64,000 nucleotides of DNA from an uncultured Acidimicrobiales bacterium (GCA_963708175.1 CAVPSD010000006.1:640538-704537); one strand, 5' to 3'; counted from the first letter of the stretch, positions 39,650 through 50,308 are shown. Notes: generated by a model not told the origin, from the sequence alone. Numbers and translations: made by a program.

Positions 39650-41698
39650 GTGAGCATGACCCTGGTCGCCGCCCCTCCGGTGACCGAGGAGGCCACGCCC
39701 GTCGAGCGCCTGCCCGGGACCCCCACTCCTGTGCGGCTCGCGCTCGGCGGCGTGGTCAGCATCGCCTTCGTCTTGAACTGCTGGGCGCTGTCGCGGAACG
39801 GCCTCGGCAACACCTACTACTCAGCGGCAGTTCGCAGCATGACCGCGAGCTGGCGCAACTTCTTCTTCGCGGCCTTCGACCCGGGCGGCTTCATCACCGT
39901 CGACAAGCCGCCGGTCGCGCTCTGGTTCCAGGCGATGAGCGTCCGGATCTTCGGGTACTCGAGCTGGTCGCTCCTGCTGCCCTCCGCCCTCGCCGGCACG
40001 GCGTCGGTCGCGCTCCTCTTCTCGATCGTGCGGCGCCACTTCGGCGCGGTCGCGGCGACGATCGCTGCGCTCGTGCTCGCAGTGAGCCCAGTGAGCGTTT
40101 CGGTGAACCGGCTCAACCTCCCCGAGCCGTTCATGATCCTGTTCCTGGTCGCTGCCGCGTGGGCCGTGCTGCGATCGCTCGACGCCGCACGGCCCCTCGT
40201 CTGGTTGGCCGTGGCCGGGGGGTTCGCCGGCCTCGCGTTCAACACGAAGACCCTCGCCGCCGCGATCGCGTTTCCCGCGTTCGGCCTCGCGGTGCTCTTC
40301 GGCTCTGCGACATGGAGAGCTCGCATCGTTCGCGGCGCGGTCCTTGCTGGCGTGGCCGCGGCCGCGTCGCTCTGGTGGGTCGTCGTCGTCGACGCGGTCC
40401 CGGCGACCATGCGCCCCTACGTCGGCGGCAGCAAGGACAACACCGAGCTGAACCTGCTGATCGGCTACAACGGCCTCGGCCGGGTCGACGGCGACGGTCA
40501 GCTCGGACCGAGTGGTCGTGTCGGTGGTCTCGGCGGAGCCGGCGGGGTGTTCGGCGGCCAACCCGGCAAGCTGCGCCTGCTGAGCGATGCAGTGGGTTCG
40601 CAGATCGGATGGCTGTTGCCCCTCGCGGTCGGCGCAACCGGGTTGACGATCTGGACGTACCGCAAGCGGCGGCACCGCCTGGCCGCGGTGATCCTGTGGA
40701 GCACCTGGTTCTGGCTCTACGCGATCGTGTTCAGCGAGGCGAAGGGCATCTTCCACTCGTACTACACGTCCGCGATGGCGCCCGCCGTGGGCGCGCTGGT
40801 GGGAATCGGCGCGGTCGCAGCGTCCCGGGCGATCCGTCGCAACGCTGCGGTCGCGTTCGCCGTTGCCGCGGTGGTCGCGTTGACGGTCGCGACCCAACGG
40901 TTGATCACGAACCGGGCACCGCACTTCCACGCCTGGGCGCCGACCGCGATGACGGTGGTCGTGTCGATCGGCATCGCCGCGCTGTTCGTCACCGCGTTCG
41001 TCAGCCGAATCCGCCGCTTCGTCGGCGTCTCACTCCTCGTGATGCTCGGCGGGCTGCTCATCGCTCCCGCAGCGTGGGCGACGAGCGAGATGACGACCCA
41101 GGCGCTGAACGCCACGCTTCCGCAGGCGGGACCGCGCATCGGCGCGTCGGGCTCCACATTCGGATCGGCGGCGTTCAGCCCGGACGAGGGTCTCGCCGGG
41201 TTCTTGATCGAGGAGGCGTCGGGCGAGCGGTGGCAGCTCGCGACCACGAGCGCGATGACGGCGTCGGGGCTGATCGCCCAGAACGACTTGTCGGTGATGG
41301 CGATGGGTGGCTTCCTCGGCAGTGACCCTGCGACCTCGGTCGCGAAGGTCGCCGACCTCGTGAACAAGGGTGAGCTGCGGTTCTTCCTCGCCGGCGCCGG
41401 CATCGTGCCTCGCTTCGCCACGGGCTTCGCCGGCCCCCCTCCGGTCGGGCTCCAAGGGCCGGCCTCGCTACCGCAGCCCAGCGCAGGGCGTCCCGGCACT
41501 GCGCCCGGCCCGGTCCCCGGAGGCTTCGGCGGCCAGCGCTTCCTCAGGGCCAACCCAGCCTCGACGGTCGTCGCCGCGGTGGAGCAGGTGTGCACGCCCC
41601 TCACCTACACGTCCACGGGCGGACGCCTCCCGAACACCTACGACAATCGCGTGTACGACTGCCGAGGGTTCGGAGACGAACTGGCGGCGCTCGGCTAA
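39650..41698 (+). CDS. family-39-like glycosyltransferase (ArnT/PMT-type polytopic membrane enzyme)
   Basis: 682 aa. N-terminal YYSAAVRSM...AFDPGGFITVDKPPVALW loop (DxD/E-like) and more than 10 TM helices, plus a soluble C-terminal domain. Starts 11 nt after the GT2 stop. Confidence 0.7.
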   Translation: MSMTLVAAPPVTEEATPVERLPGTPTPVRLALGGVVSIAFVLNCWALSRNGLGNTYYSAAVRSMTASWRNFFFAAFDPGGFITVDKPPVALWFQAMSVRIFGYSSWSLLLPSALAGTASVALLFSIVRRHFGAVAATIAALVLAVSPVSVSVNRLNLPEPFMILFLVAAAWAVLRSLDAARPLVWLAVAGGFAGLAFNTKTLAAAIAFPAFGLAVLFGSATWRARIVRGAVLAGVAAAASLWWVVVVDAVPATMRPYVGGSKDNTELNLLIGYNGLGRVDGDGQLGPSGRVGGLGGAGGVFGGQPGKLRLLSDAVGSQIGWLLPLAVGATGLTIWTYRKRRHRLAAVILWSTWFWLYAIVFSEAKGIFHSYYTSAMAPAVGALVGIGAVAASRAIRRNAAVAFAVAAVVALTVATQRLITNRAPHFHAWAPTAMTVVVSIGIAALFVTAFVSRIRRFVGVSLLVMLGGLLIAPAAWATSEMTTQALNATLPQAGPRIGASGSTFGSAAFSPDEGLAGFLIEEASGERWQLATTSAMTASGLIAQNDLSVMAMGGFLGSDPATSVAKVADLVNKGELRFFLAGAGIVPRFATGFAGPPPVGLQGPASLPQPSAGRPGTAPGPVPGGFGGQRFLRANPASTVVAAVEQVCTPLTYTSTGGRLPNTYDNRVYDCRGFGDELAALG

Positions 41699-41713
41699 CT
41701 AGCCTCCGACCGG

Positions 41714-42772
41714 ATGACCGCAGTCGGCGGCGCGATCAGCTTGGTCGGCCTCGAGAAGCGATTCGGAGACCACCTCGCCGTCGACCACATCGACCTCGAC
41801 ATCCGCGGGGGCGAGTTCTTCTCGTTGCTCGGACCGTCGGGATGCGGGAAGACGACGACCCTGCGCATGATCGGAGGCTTCGAGCGACCGACATCGGGGC
41901 AGGTCTTGATCGACGGTGCGGACGTGAGCGGATCGCCGCCCGAACGCCGGCCCGTGAACACCGTCTTCCAGAGCTACGCGCTGTTCCCCCATCTCACCGT
42001 GCGCGACAACGTGGCATTCGGCCTCCGGTTCGGGGACGCCTCGAAAGACGACGCTCGCCGTCGCGTCGACGAGGTGCTCGCGACGGTGCGCCTCACGGGC
42101 TTCGACAAGCGCAAACCCCATCAGCTGTCGGGCGGACAGCAGCAGCGCGTCGCCCTCGCTCGCGCTCTGGTGCTGCGCCCACGAGTGCTGTTGCTCGACG
42201 AGCCGCTCGGCGCACTCGACGCGAAGCTTCGCAAGGCATTGCAGCTCGAGCTGGTCGCTCTGCAACGTGAGGTCGGCATCACGTTCGTCTACGTCACCCA
42301 CGACCAGGAAGAGGCGCTCACGATGAGCGACCGCCTCGCGGTCATGGACAGCGGCCGCATCGAGCAGTGCGGCACGCCTCGGGAGGTGTACGAGCAACCG
42401 TCGTCGGTGTACGTGGCCGACTTCCTCGGCGTCACGAACCTCATCCATGCGCACGGGCACGGCGACGGGCGCTGCACCATCGGCGAGCAGACGATCGTCG
42501 CCGGCGACGGGGCTCTTGACGTGAGCGGCCCAGTGCGGCTCATCGTGCGACCGGAACGCGTCAGCCTCGACGGAGAGTCGGGCAGCGCGCTCGCGGGTCG
42601 CGTCGAGCGCCTCGTCTACGTCGGCGCGACGACCCAGGTGATCGTGGGGCTGCCGACCGGTGACACCATGCAGGTGCTCGTGGCGAACGACGGCCGCCGC
42701 AGCCTTCCCCCCGAGGGCTCGACGGTGACCCTGCGCGTGCTCCCCGAAGCAGTCCGGGTGATCAGCGCCTGA
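41714..42772 (+). CDS. potA: polyamine-type ABC transporter ATP-binding protein
   Basis: Walker A GPSGCGKTT, FQSYALFPHLTVRDNVAFGL, LSGGQQQRVALARAL, LLLDEP, C-terminal TOBE-like domain. Confidence 0.8.
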   Translation: MTAVGGAISLVGLEKRFGDHLAVDHIDLDIRGGEFFSLLGPSGCGKTTTLRMIGGFERPTSGQVLIDGADVSGSPPERRPVNTVFQSYALFPHLTVRDNVAFGLRFGDASKDDARRRVDEVLATVRLTGFDKRKPHQLSGGQQQRVALARALVLRPRVLLLDEPLGALDAKLRKALQLELVALQREVGITFVYVTHDQEEALTMSDRLAVMDSGRIEQCGTPREVYEQPSSVYVADFLGVTNLIHAHGHGDGRCTIGEQTIVAGDGALDVSGPVRLIVRPERVSLDGESGSALAGRVERLVYVGATTQVIVGLPTGDTMQVLVANDGRRSLPPEGSTVTLRVLPEAVRVISA

Positions 42773-42779
42773 GCGCCGG

Positions 42780-42837
42780 GCGGGATTGTCGAGCGAAGCG
42801 AGCAGGAGCCAGCCGAAGCGAAGCGGAGGATGGCGAC
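42780..42837. repeat. intergenic 57-58-nt repeat, copy 1
   Basis: cgggattgtcgagcgaagcgagcaggagccagccgaagcgaagcggaggatggcgac, identical to copy 2. Lies between the convergent potA and potC stops. Confidence 0.9.
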
Positions 42838-42855
42838 CAGGGCTCAGCGCCAGTC

Positions 42856-42874
42856 GGCGGCGCACTGCGCCGCC
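42856..42874. terminator. GC hairpin centred between the twin repeats (possible bidirectional terminator)
   Basis: ggcggcgc-act-gcgccgcc: perfect 8-bp G/C stem with a 3-nt loop. No U-tract on either strand. Confidence 0.3.
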
Positions 42875-42887
42875 GGGCGGCGGACTC

Positions 42888-42945
42888 GCGGGATTGTCGA
42901 GCGAAGCGAGCAGGAGCCAGCCGAAGCGAAGCGGAGGATGGCGAC
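42888..42945. repeat. intergenic 57-58-nt repeat, copy 2
   Basis: Perfect direct copy of 42780..42837, 51-nt spacer, ends 15 nt before the potC stop. Confidence 0.9.
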
Positions 42946-42959
42946 GAGGAAGGCTGAGC

Positions 42960-43853
42960 TCACACGATTTCGAGGTCGGCGACGGTGCGCAGCGCGCTGG
43001 TCGACGCGTCTTCGTCACCCGAGCGGCGGCGCATGCCGCGCATCACGGTGAAGACCAGGATCAGCGCGCCCACGGTCGCGACGAGGATGCATGTGGCGAG
43101 CGCGTTGAGCGCCGGCGTGCTGCCGCCGCGGATCGATCCGTAGAGCTTGACCGGCACAGTCTCGGAGCTGGCGCCGTTCGAGAGAAATGCCGACACGACG
43201 AAGTCGTCGATCGAGGTCGCGAAGACGATCACGGCGCTGGCGATGACCGCCGGCGCGAGAAGTGGCAGCAAGATCAACCGAACGGCCTGCAATGGCGACG
43301 CACCCAGATCGCGGGCCGCCTGCTCGAGGTCAGGGCCGATGGTGAGCAACCGGCTCCGCGTGATGATCACCACATAGGAAAGCGAGAGCGTCACGTGGCC
43401 GATCAGCTGCGCAGGTCGCCCGAGGCTGATCGCGTCGAACAGGTTGGTGAACACCAGGAAGAGCGAGGTCCCGATCACGATCTCAGGCGTGACCAGTGGG
43501 ATCAGCATCCCGACTCGGGTGGCCCGCGCCGTCCGGGACCGCCAGCGCACCATGCCGACGGCGAGCGCGACACCGAGTGGAGTCGCAACGCAGATCGTGA
43601 GCGCGGCGAGGATCAACGAGTTCGTGAGGGCGTGGTGCAGGGTCGGGTCATTGCGCACCGACAGGTAGGGATCGGTCCAGTACCAGCGCAGCGAGAAGCC
43701 CTGCCAGACAGAGCGGCTGCGGCCGGAGTTGAACGAGAACAGCACTGCGACCGCTACGGGTGCGAGTGACCACACGACGTAGAGCCACGTGATGGCGACC
43801 AGTGCCCGCGGACGACCCCACGGGTTCGCGATCCACATGCGGAGCCGGCTCAT
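42960..43853 (-). CDS. potC: polyamine-type ABC transporter permease
   Basis: ORF 42960..44492 trimmed to ATG 43853 (MSRLRMWIANPW), with ATGA overlap with the upstream permease. EAA-type loop LEQAARDLGASPLQAVRLILLP. Confidence 0.75.
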   Translation of the reverse strand: MSRLRMWIANPWGRPRALVAITWLYVVWSLAPVAVAVLFSFNSGRSRSVWQGFSLRWYWTDPYLSVRNDPTLHHALTNSLILAALTICVATPLGVALAVGMVRWRSRTARATRVGMLIPLVTPEIVIGTSLFLVFTNLFDAISLGRPAQLIGHVTLSLSYVVIITRSRLLTIGPDLEQAARDLGASPLQAVRLILLPLLAPAVIASAVIVFATSIDDFVVSAFLSNGASSETVPVKLYGSIRGGSTPALNALATCILVATVGALILVFTVMRGMRRRSGDEDASTSALRTVADLEIV

Positions 43854-44773
43854 CGCTCGAGCTCCCGTTGCGCCCTGGCCGTCACCCAGACGTAGTACGC
43901 CATGAGCACGAGCAGCATCGCCGACAGGATGAGCACCAGCGACGCGCCCACCTGCTTCTGCGTCGAGTTCTGTATGTAGAAGGTGATCTGGTTGCCGATC
44001 ATCGAGGTCTTCGGCGACCGCGAGAGCAGGTCGGTCGTGTAGTAGTCGCCGAACATCGGCAACGCGACGATGACGGCCGCGGCGATGCACCCCTGCTTGC
44101 TGAGCGGCAGCGTGACGCGGAAGAACGCCGAACGCGCGGTCGCGCCGGCGTCGCGCGCGGCCTCGAGCAGCCGTGGATCGATGCGATCGAGACTGGCGTA
44201 GAGCGGAAGGATCAAGAACGGGATGTACCCGTACACGAGCCCGAGCACGACGGTGACGGGGTTCGCGTCGAGGAAGTTGCGGGGACCCCCGAAGATCGGG
44301 AACGCCTCGAGGAACCGGTTGACCCAACCGTCGGCACTCAGCAGGTTGACCCACGCGAGCATCCGCATGAGGTAGCTGACCCAGAAGGGCAGGACGAGCA
44401 ACGCCAACAGCAGCGCACGCCGTCGACCCGCGTGGCGTGCCAGGTAGTAGGCGACCGGGTACCCGATGAGGAAGCAGAGCGCGACCGCGCACGCGACATA
44501 GAGGATCGTGCGCTCGAACGGTGCCCGCAGATCACCGGTGAGGACGCGAGACAGGGTGTCGTTGAACGCGGTGAAGTCCCACTGCAGCGGGTTCCACTCG
44601 GGCTGCGCGGTGAGGAAGATCGGGTCGGTCGTGCCGAAAGCGACGCCGGCCACGGCGTAGAAGGGGATGAAGAAGAAGGCGAGCAGCCATGCCGTACCGG
44701 GAAGCGTGAAGCCTCCCCAGAGGAACCCGAGCTCGTTCGGCCGGGTCAGCCTCCGGCGTTGAACTTGCTCCAC
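43850..44773 (-). CDS. potB: polyamine-type ABC transporter permease
   Basis: 307 aa, GTG start. LEAARDAGATARSAFFRVTLP EAA loop. Six TM helices. Confidence 0.75.
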   Translation of the reverse strand: MEQVQRRRLTRPNELGFLWGGFTLPGTAWLLAFFFIPFYAVAGVAFGTTDPIFLTAQPEWNPLQWDFTAFNDTLSRVLTGDLRAPFERTILYVACAVALCFLIGYPVAYYLARHAGRRRALLLALLVLPFWVSYLMRMLAWVNLLSADGWVNRFLEAFPIFGGPRNFLDANPVTVVLGLVYGYIPFLILPLYASLDRIDPRLLEAARDAGATARSAFFRVTLPLSKQGCIAAAVIVALPMFGDYYTTDLLSRSPKTSMIGNQITFYIQNSTQKQVGASLVLILSAMLLVLMAYYVWVTARAQRELER

Positions 44774-45958
44774 GCGTCCTCGAGCTTGGCCTCGGTCTCA
44801 CGCGGCAGGGCGAGGATGAAGATGCCCTGGGCGAAGTCCTCGTCGGTCACCAACGTGTTCGTGAGGTTCTCGGGGATGATCTCGGCGGCGAGCACCTTGT
44901 CGGCCTCCATCCCCTGCACCACGCCCTGGTAGCCGGTGAACGCGAAGTTCGTGAGCGCGTTGTCGGTGTCCATCAGCATGTCGAGGAAGAGGTGCGCGAG
45001 CACCGGATGCTCCGCGTCCTTCAGGATCGCGCTCGAGGTCGGTGCCGACGACGGTGACGTCCTTCGCGGGGCGCCAGTAGCCGAGCACCGAAGGCTCCAC
45101 GCCGTCGGGCAGATAGCCCGTGGCGAGCACCATGTCGCCCGACCAGGCCTGGTTGATCTTCGCCTCGCCGGCAGGCAGCTTCTCGTAGGCGACGATGTCG
45201 ACCTTCACGTTCGAGTCGTCGACGAGACGCTGCAGCTCCGCGGCGGCCGACGCGAGGTCGTCGTCGCTGGGCGTGTTGATGTTCGTCTTACCCAGCTTGA
45301 GCATCGCCATCGCGAATGCGTCACGCGAGTCGTTGAGGATGCCGACCTCGCCCTTCCATTTCGGATCCCACAGTGCGTCCCATCCCTGCTGGTCCATCGT
45401 CGCCGGGTCGATCGCGTCGGTGCGGAAGCCGATGCCGGTGGTGAACACCGTGTAGGGGATTCCGTAGTGCAGCCCTTGGTCGAAGAACGGGTTCGCGGCA
45501 CTCGGCAGCAGGTTGCCGACGTTCGTGAGGTAGGTCTTGTTGAGCGGCTGGATGAGCTTCGCTCCGACGTACTTCGGCAGCTGGTCGATGCCGATCGACA
45601 GGATCAGGTCGACCTTCAGCGCGCCCGACGAGATCCTCGAGAGAAGCTCGGGGCCGTTTTCGTAGGTGGAGATGGAGACGTCGACGCCGTACTTCTCCTT
45701 GAATGCATCGACGAGCTCGGGCGAGACGAAGTCGGCGTAGTTCGCGATGTTGAGCGTGCCGCTCTCGGGGCTGAGGCCGTCGGCGATCGCCGGGTTGTCG
45801 TCGTAGATCGGCAGCGTGACGGGTTTGTCCGGGGTGGCGATCTGCGTAGCCACCTCGGTGTCGACGTTGGCACTCGAGTCGTCGCTGCCGCACGCAGCGA
45901 TCACCACGACGGCGGCTGCGGCACCGAGGAGCGTGCGACGGGAGAACGGCGCGGCCAT
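44746..45958 (-). pseudogene. potD: polyamine-type ABC transporter substrate-binding lipoprotein, frameshifted (extra base near 45034)
   Basis: Twin-Arg/lipobox N-terminus RRTLLGAAAAVVVIAACGS. ORF 44798..45958 reads to ..VTVVGTDL. The conserved SAILKDAEHPVLAHLFLDMLMDTDNAL...KFNAGG* continues in another frame (ORF 44746..45003). The junction is gac ctc G agc gcg. Confidence 0.75.
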
Positions 45959-46042
45959 GATCGAGCGAGCCTAGGGGCCGGAACAGACCTGTCGGGCGGC
46001 GGGAGCGAAAGCTGAACGACGAGTCAGGACTACGCTCTGCCC

Positions 46043-47670
46043 ATGGCAGAGCTCGCCGATGCGATCGTGATCGGCGGCGGGCACAACGGCCTCGTCGCCG
46101 CCGGCTTCCTCGCCAAGGCCGGGCTGCGCCCGATCGTGCTCGAAGCCCGCGACGGTCATCGGTGGCGCAGCCATCACCGAGCAGCCGTGGGGGCCCGACT
46201 TCAAGGTCACCGCGCTGTCATACGTCATGAGCCTGATGCCGCGACGCGATCATCGACGGGCCTCGACCTCGAGCGGCACGGCTACAAGGTGTACCCGATG
46301 GGCCCGTCGTACTCGCCGCTGCCCGACGGGCGGCGCCGTGCACATGAGCGAGGACCCTGCGGACCGCTTCGAGTCGGTCGCCAAGTTCTCCAAGCGCGAC
46401 GCCGAAGCGCTGCTCGAGTACGACGCCTGGCTCGAGGGCATCGCCGAGGTGCTCGGACCGCTGCTCACCGCGGTGCCGCCGAAGCTCGGCTCGAAGCGGC
46501 CGCGCGACCTCGTCGACCAGCTGCGGACTGGCGTGGCGGCTGCAGGGTCTCGACGTGCGCACCGCGGCCGACGTCGACGCGGCTGTTCACGATGTCGATC
46601 GCGCGACCTGCTGCGCGAGTGGTTCGAGACGCGACGCGGTGCAGGCGATGATGGCGGTCAACGGCATCATCGGCACGTGGGCCGGGCCCGAGGAACCGGG
46701 CACGGCATACGTGATGCTCCACCACTCGATCGGTGACGTCGGCGCCGGGCCGACCTCGAGGCGTGGGGCTACCCGCACGGCGGCATGGGCGCGGTGAGCG
46801 ACGCGATCCGCCGCGCGCCGAGTCGCTTCGGCGCGACGGTGCGCACGAGCGCCCCGGTCGAGCGGGTGCTCGTGCGCAACGGCGGGTCGTACGGCGTGGC
46901 CCTCGCCGACGGCGACGAGATCGACACCGACCTGGTCGTCACTGCGATCCACCCGCAGATCCGCTTCCTCCGCCACCTCGACGCCAGCGAGCTGCCCGAC
47001 GACTTCGTGCGCCGCATCCGCAACTGGCAAGACCGCAGCGGCACCGTGAAGGTGAACCTCGCGCTGTCGCGAGCTGCCCGACTTCTCGTCGCGATCCCGG
47101 CTCACACCAGCAGCCGCACCACACCGGCGCGATCGAGCTGGCCCATCGCTCGACTACCTCGAGCACGCGTTCCAAGCAGGCGGTGAGCGGCGCGCCAGCG
47201 ACCCGCCCGTTCAGCGACGGCTGCATCCCCTCGACGTGATCGCACGATCTGTCCCGCCGGGCACGCACGTGATGAGCCTCTTCACGCAGTGGGTGCCGCA
47301 GACGTGGAGCGACGAGCCGCACCCGCGACGAGCTCGAGGCGTACGCCGATCGGGTGATCGACGGCTACGACGAGCTGGCGCCCAACTTCCGACGTCGATC
47401 ATCCACCGCCAGGTGATCGGGCCGTACGAGATGGAGCACACCTACGGCCTCATCGGCGGCAACATCTTCCACGGCGAGCTCAGCGTCGACCAGCTGTTCC
47501 ACAACCGCCCGGCGCCGGGGTACGCCGACTTCCGCCCCCCGATCGCCGGCCTCTACCAGGCGCACTCGGCCACGCACGGCGGTGGCGGCGTCACCGGCAT
47601 CCCCGGCTGGCAGGCCGCGCGGGCCGCACTCGCCGATCAGCGGGCCGCGCGGTGGAGAATCAAGCGATGA
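46043..47670 (+). pseudogene. CrtI/phytoene-desaturase-like FAD-dependent oxidoreductase, multiply frameshifted (copy 1)
   Basis: Starts DAIVIGGGHNGLVAAGFLAKAG (Rossmann GxGxxG). Conserved segments alternate between all three frames more than ten times. Ends ..GGGVTGIPGWQAARAALADQ..*. ATGA overlap with the next gene. Confidence 0.75.
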
Positions 47671-48874
47671 CGACGCGGCGGCCCGCCCCCATCGACCCGG
47701 CGGCGCTCGACCGCGTGCTCGCGCCGTTCGGCCACAGCCACATGCTGCCGCGGGAGGCCTACGTCGACGAGGCCGTGCTCGCGTGGGAGCGCGAGGCACT
47801 TCTTCGAGGGTGGATGGGTGTGCGCGGCCGCGTCACGGACCTGCCCGAGCCCGGCAGACCAGCGCGCACTGTCGGCCGGCGGCGCCGGGCGTGCTGCTCA
47901 CGCGTGACCGCGACGGCGTGCTCCACGCCTTCGCCAACGTCTGCCGCCACCGCGGCCACGAGCTGCTCCCGTGCGCGGGGCGACAGTCGTCAACACGAGT
48001 GTCGTCGACAAGGCTGTCGTGCAGTGCCCGTACCACGCGTGGAGCTACGAGCTCGACGGCCGCCTGCGCCTCGCGCCACGGTTCGACGGCGGACGAACTT
48101 CGATCCGTCGAGCGGTCGCGCTGCTGCCGGTCCGGTCACGCCGAGTGGGGCGGCTGGCTGTTCGTGAACGTGTCCGGCGACGCCGCCGGCCCTTCGACGA
48201 GCACCTCGGCGTCTCTCGCCGGCGCAGCTCGCGAACTGGGAGTGCGAGCGCCTGGTCGTCGCCGCCACCCATCACTACGAGCTCGCCGGCGAACTGGAAG
48301 ATCGCGGTCGAGAACTACCACGAGTGCTACCACTGCCCGCTCATCCACCCCGAGCTGCGCGGGTGTCGCCCGCCCGACGTCGGGCGACAACTCGACGAGG
48401 GCCCGGCGCGTGGGTCGGCGGCACGATGGACCTGCGCCGACTGCGCGTCGACGATGTCGCTCAACGGCGAGTCGGGCGGAGTGGCGCTGCCGCGGGCTCG
48501 ACCGCCGAGCAGCGGCGCCAGGTGCTCTACCTCAAGGTGTTCCCGAACCTGCTGGTCAGCCTGCACCCCGACTACGTGATGACCCATCGGATCGAGCCGG
48601 TGTCCGCCGGCGCGCACGACGGTCGAGTGCCAGTGGCTCTTCGCGCCCGAGGCCGCGAGCGTCCCGACTTCGACCCACCTACGCCGTCGACTTCTGGGAC
48701 CTCACGAACCGCCAGGACTGGGCCGCGGTCGAGTCGGTGCAGCGGGGACTTTCGCATCCCTCGTTCGTGCCGGGCGTGCTTGCGGAGCAGGAGAGCGACG
48801 TCTACCGCTTCGTCACGATGGTGGCGCGCGGCTACCGCTGCGAGCCGATCAGGGGCGGAGCGGTACCGCGCTGA
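47667..48874 (+). pseudogene. Rieske [2Fe-2S] oxygenase alpha subunit (choline-monooxygenase-like C-domain), multiply frameshifted (copy 1)
   Basis: Rieske motifs CRHRGHEL and CPYHAWSY are found in different frames. WKIAVENYHECYHCPLIHPEL and the C-terminal DFWDLTNRQDWAAVESVQRG are in yet other frames. Confidence 0.7.
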
Positions 48875-49448
48875 CGCCGAGCAGCGACGCGGTGGCGCGG
48901 CGCGCCTGTCCGAGCGACGCCGCACGCCGGCTCGAGGTCAGCGCGACCTGCACGCCGAGGCCGTCGATCAACGCAGCGATCACCGCGGCCATCTCGGCTG
49001 CGTCGCCTTCACTGAACACACCGCTGTCCATGCCCTCCTGGACGACGGCTTCGAGGACGGCACGCCAGCGGTCGTCCAGCTGACGCCACGTACGCCGCAG
49101 CACGGGCGAGCGCAGCGCCTCCCCCCACGAGTCGATCCACATCGCCCACGACGCGCGTGTGCTCGGTCCGACGCCGGCGACGAGGAGCGCGTCGATGCGA
49201 TCGACGGGCGACGAGGGTGAGTCCGCGATCGCGTCGAGGTCGTCGAGCTCGTTTCGTGAGGCGAACGCGAACGCCTCGGCGAGCAGCGCGTCCTTGGACC
49301 CGAAGTGGTACACGACGAGCGGCGGCGAGATGCCCAGCCGGTGGGCGACGTCGCTCATGCGGGTGTTGGCGAAACCCCGCTCGCGCAGCACCTCACACGT
49401 GGCCCCGAGGATCTCCTCGCGCCGAGCCTCCCCCTTCGGCCGCGGCAT
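48849..49448 (-). CDS. TetR-family transcriptional regulator
   Basis: ORF trimmed to ATG 49448 ([49 protein letters not shown] is the TetR HTH). 1-nt TGATG overlap with the upstream accessory gene. Confidence 0.85.
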   Translation of the reverse strand: MPRPKGEARREEILGATCEVLRERGFANTRMSDVAHRLGISPPLVVYHFGSKDALLAEAFAFASRNELDDLDAIADSPSSPVDRIDALLVAGVGPSTRASWAMWIDSWGEALRSPVLRRTWRQLDDRWRAVLEAVVQEGMDSGVFSEGDAAEMAAVIAALIDGLGVQVALTSSRRAASLGQARRATASLLGVSAVPLRP

Positions 49449-49696
49449 CAGGCGGCCGTGACCCCGTCGGCCGCAAGCATGTCCTCGAGCGCGTGCACCC
49501 ACGCCTCGTAGTAGGGCATGTCATCCGGATGGGCGGCGATTGCCGCGATGAGATGCGGGCGGAAGTGCTCCCACGCCTGGCCGGTGCTGTCGAGGTAGGC
49601 GGCCACCATCCCGAACGCCCGGCTCTCCCAGGGTGCCCCGAACACGAGCTCACCGTTCTTGCGCGGCACCTCGCTCGGGAGGTCGCCCTTGGTCAC
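49448..49696 (-). CDS. nitrile hydratase accessory (activator) protein
   Basis: GTG 49696 overlaps the alpha-subunit stop (GTGA). [37 protein letters not shown] matches the NHase accessory-protein family. 82 aa. Confidence 0.7.
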   Translation of the reverse strand: MTKGDLPSEVPRKNGELVFGAPWESRAFGMVAAYLDSTGQAWEHFRPHLIAAIAAHPDDMPYYEAWVHALEDMLAADGVTAA

Positions 49697-50308
49697 CGGA
49701 CCACGCCGATCATGTGGTCTCGCGTGACGAGAGTCGGCGAGCTCGTCCTCCGACCGGCCGTCGACGGCGTCGGGCACGAGCGGCAGGACGAGGTAGCGGA
49801 TCTCGGCGCTCGAATCCCACACCCGCAGCTCGACGTCGTCGTCGAGAGTCGTCCCGAACTCTGCCAGGACCGCACGGGGTTCGCGCACGACTCGCGACCG
49901 ATACTCGGGGCTCTTGTACCAGCGCGGCGGGAGGCCCAGCACGGGCCACGGGTAGCACGAGCACAGCGTGCAAACGACGACGTTGTGGACGGTGGGCGTG
50001 TTCTCGAGGGCGACGATGTGCTCACCCTCGGCGCCGCCGAAGCCGAGCTCTGCGATCGCCGCTGTCGCGTCGTCGAGCAGGCGCTCGCGGTACGCGGGGT
50101 CGACCCAGGCGCGGGCGACGACCTTGGCACCGTTCATCGGCCCGAGGTCGTGCTCGTAGGCCTCGACGACCGCATCGATCGCGTCACTGGTGACGAGACC
50201 GCGTTCGACGAGGAGCGACTCGATGGCGGCGACGCGGTTCTCGACGTCCGTGAGCGGCGCGGGGTGGTGCCCATGGTCGTGATCGTGGTCGCCGTGCTCG
50301 TCGCTCAT
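49693..50308 (-). pseudogene. nthA: cobalt-type nitrile hydratase alpha subunit, frameshifted near the 3' end (extra base at about 49732)
   Basis: Metal claw [10 protein letters not shown] (CTLCSC is the Co type). The His-rich N-terminus is [15 protein letters not shown]. After ..SEDELAD the conserved [12 protein letters not shown] is in the +1 frame, so the ORF track shows an alpha::accessory fusion (49448..50326). Confidence 0.8.

Noticed and set aside
42786-43769. ORFs crossing the twin 57-nt repeats and encoding duplicated peptides (SSEASRSQPKRSGGWR twice on plus, RHPPLRFGWLLLASLDNP twice on minus).
   Set aside because: These are reading-frame shadows of an intergenic DNA repeat. They run antisense into potC or potA and have no start-site support.
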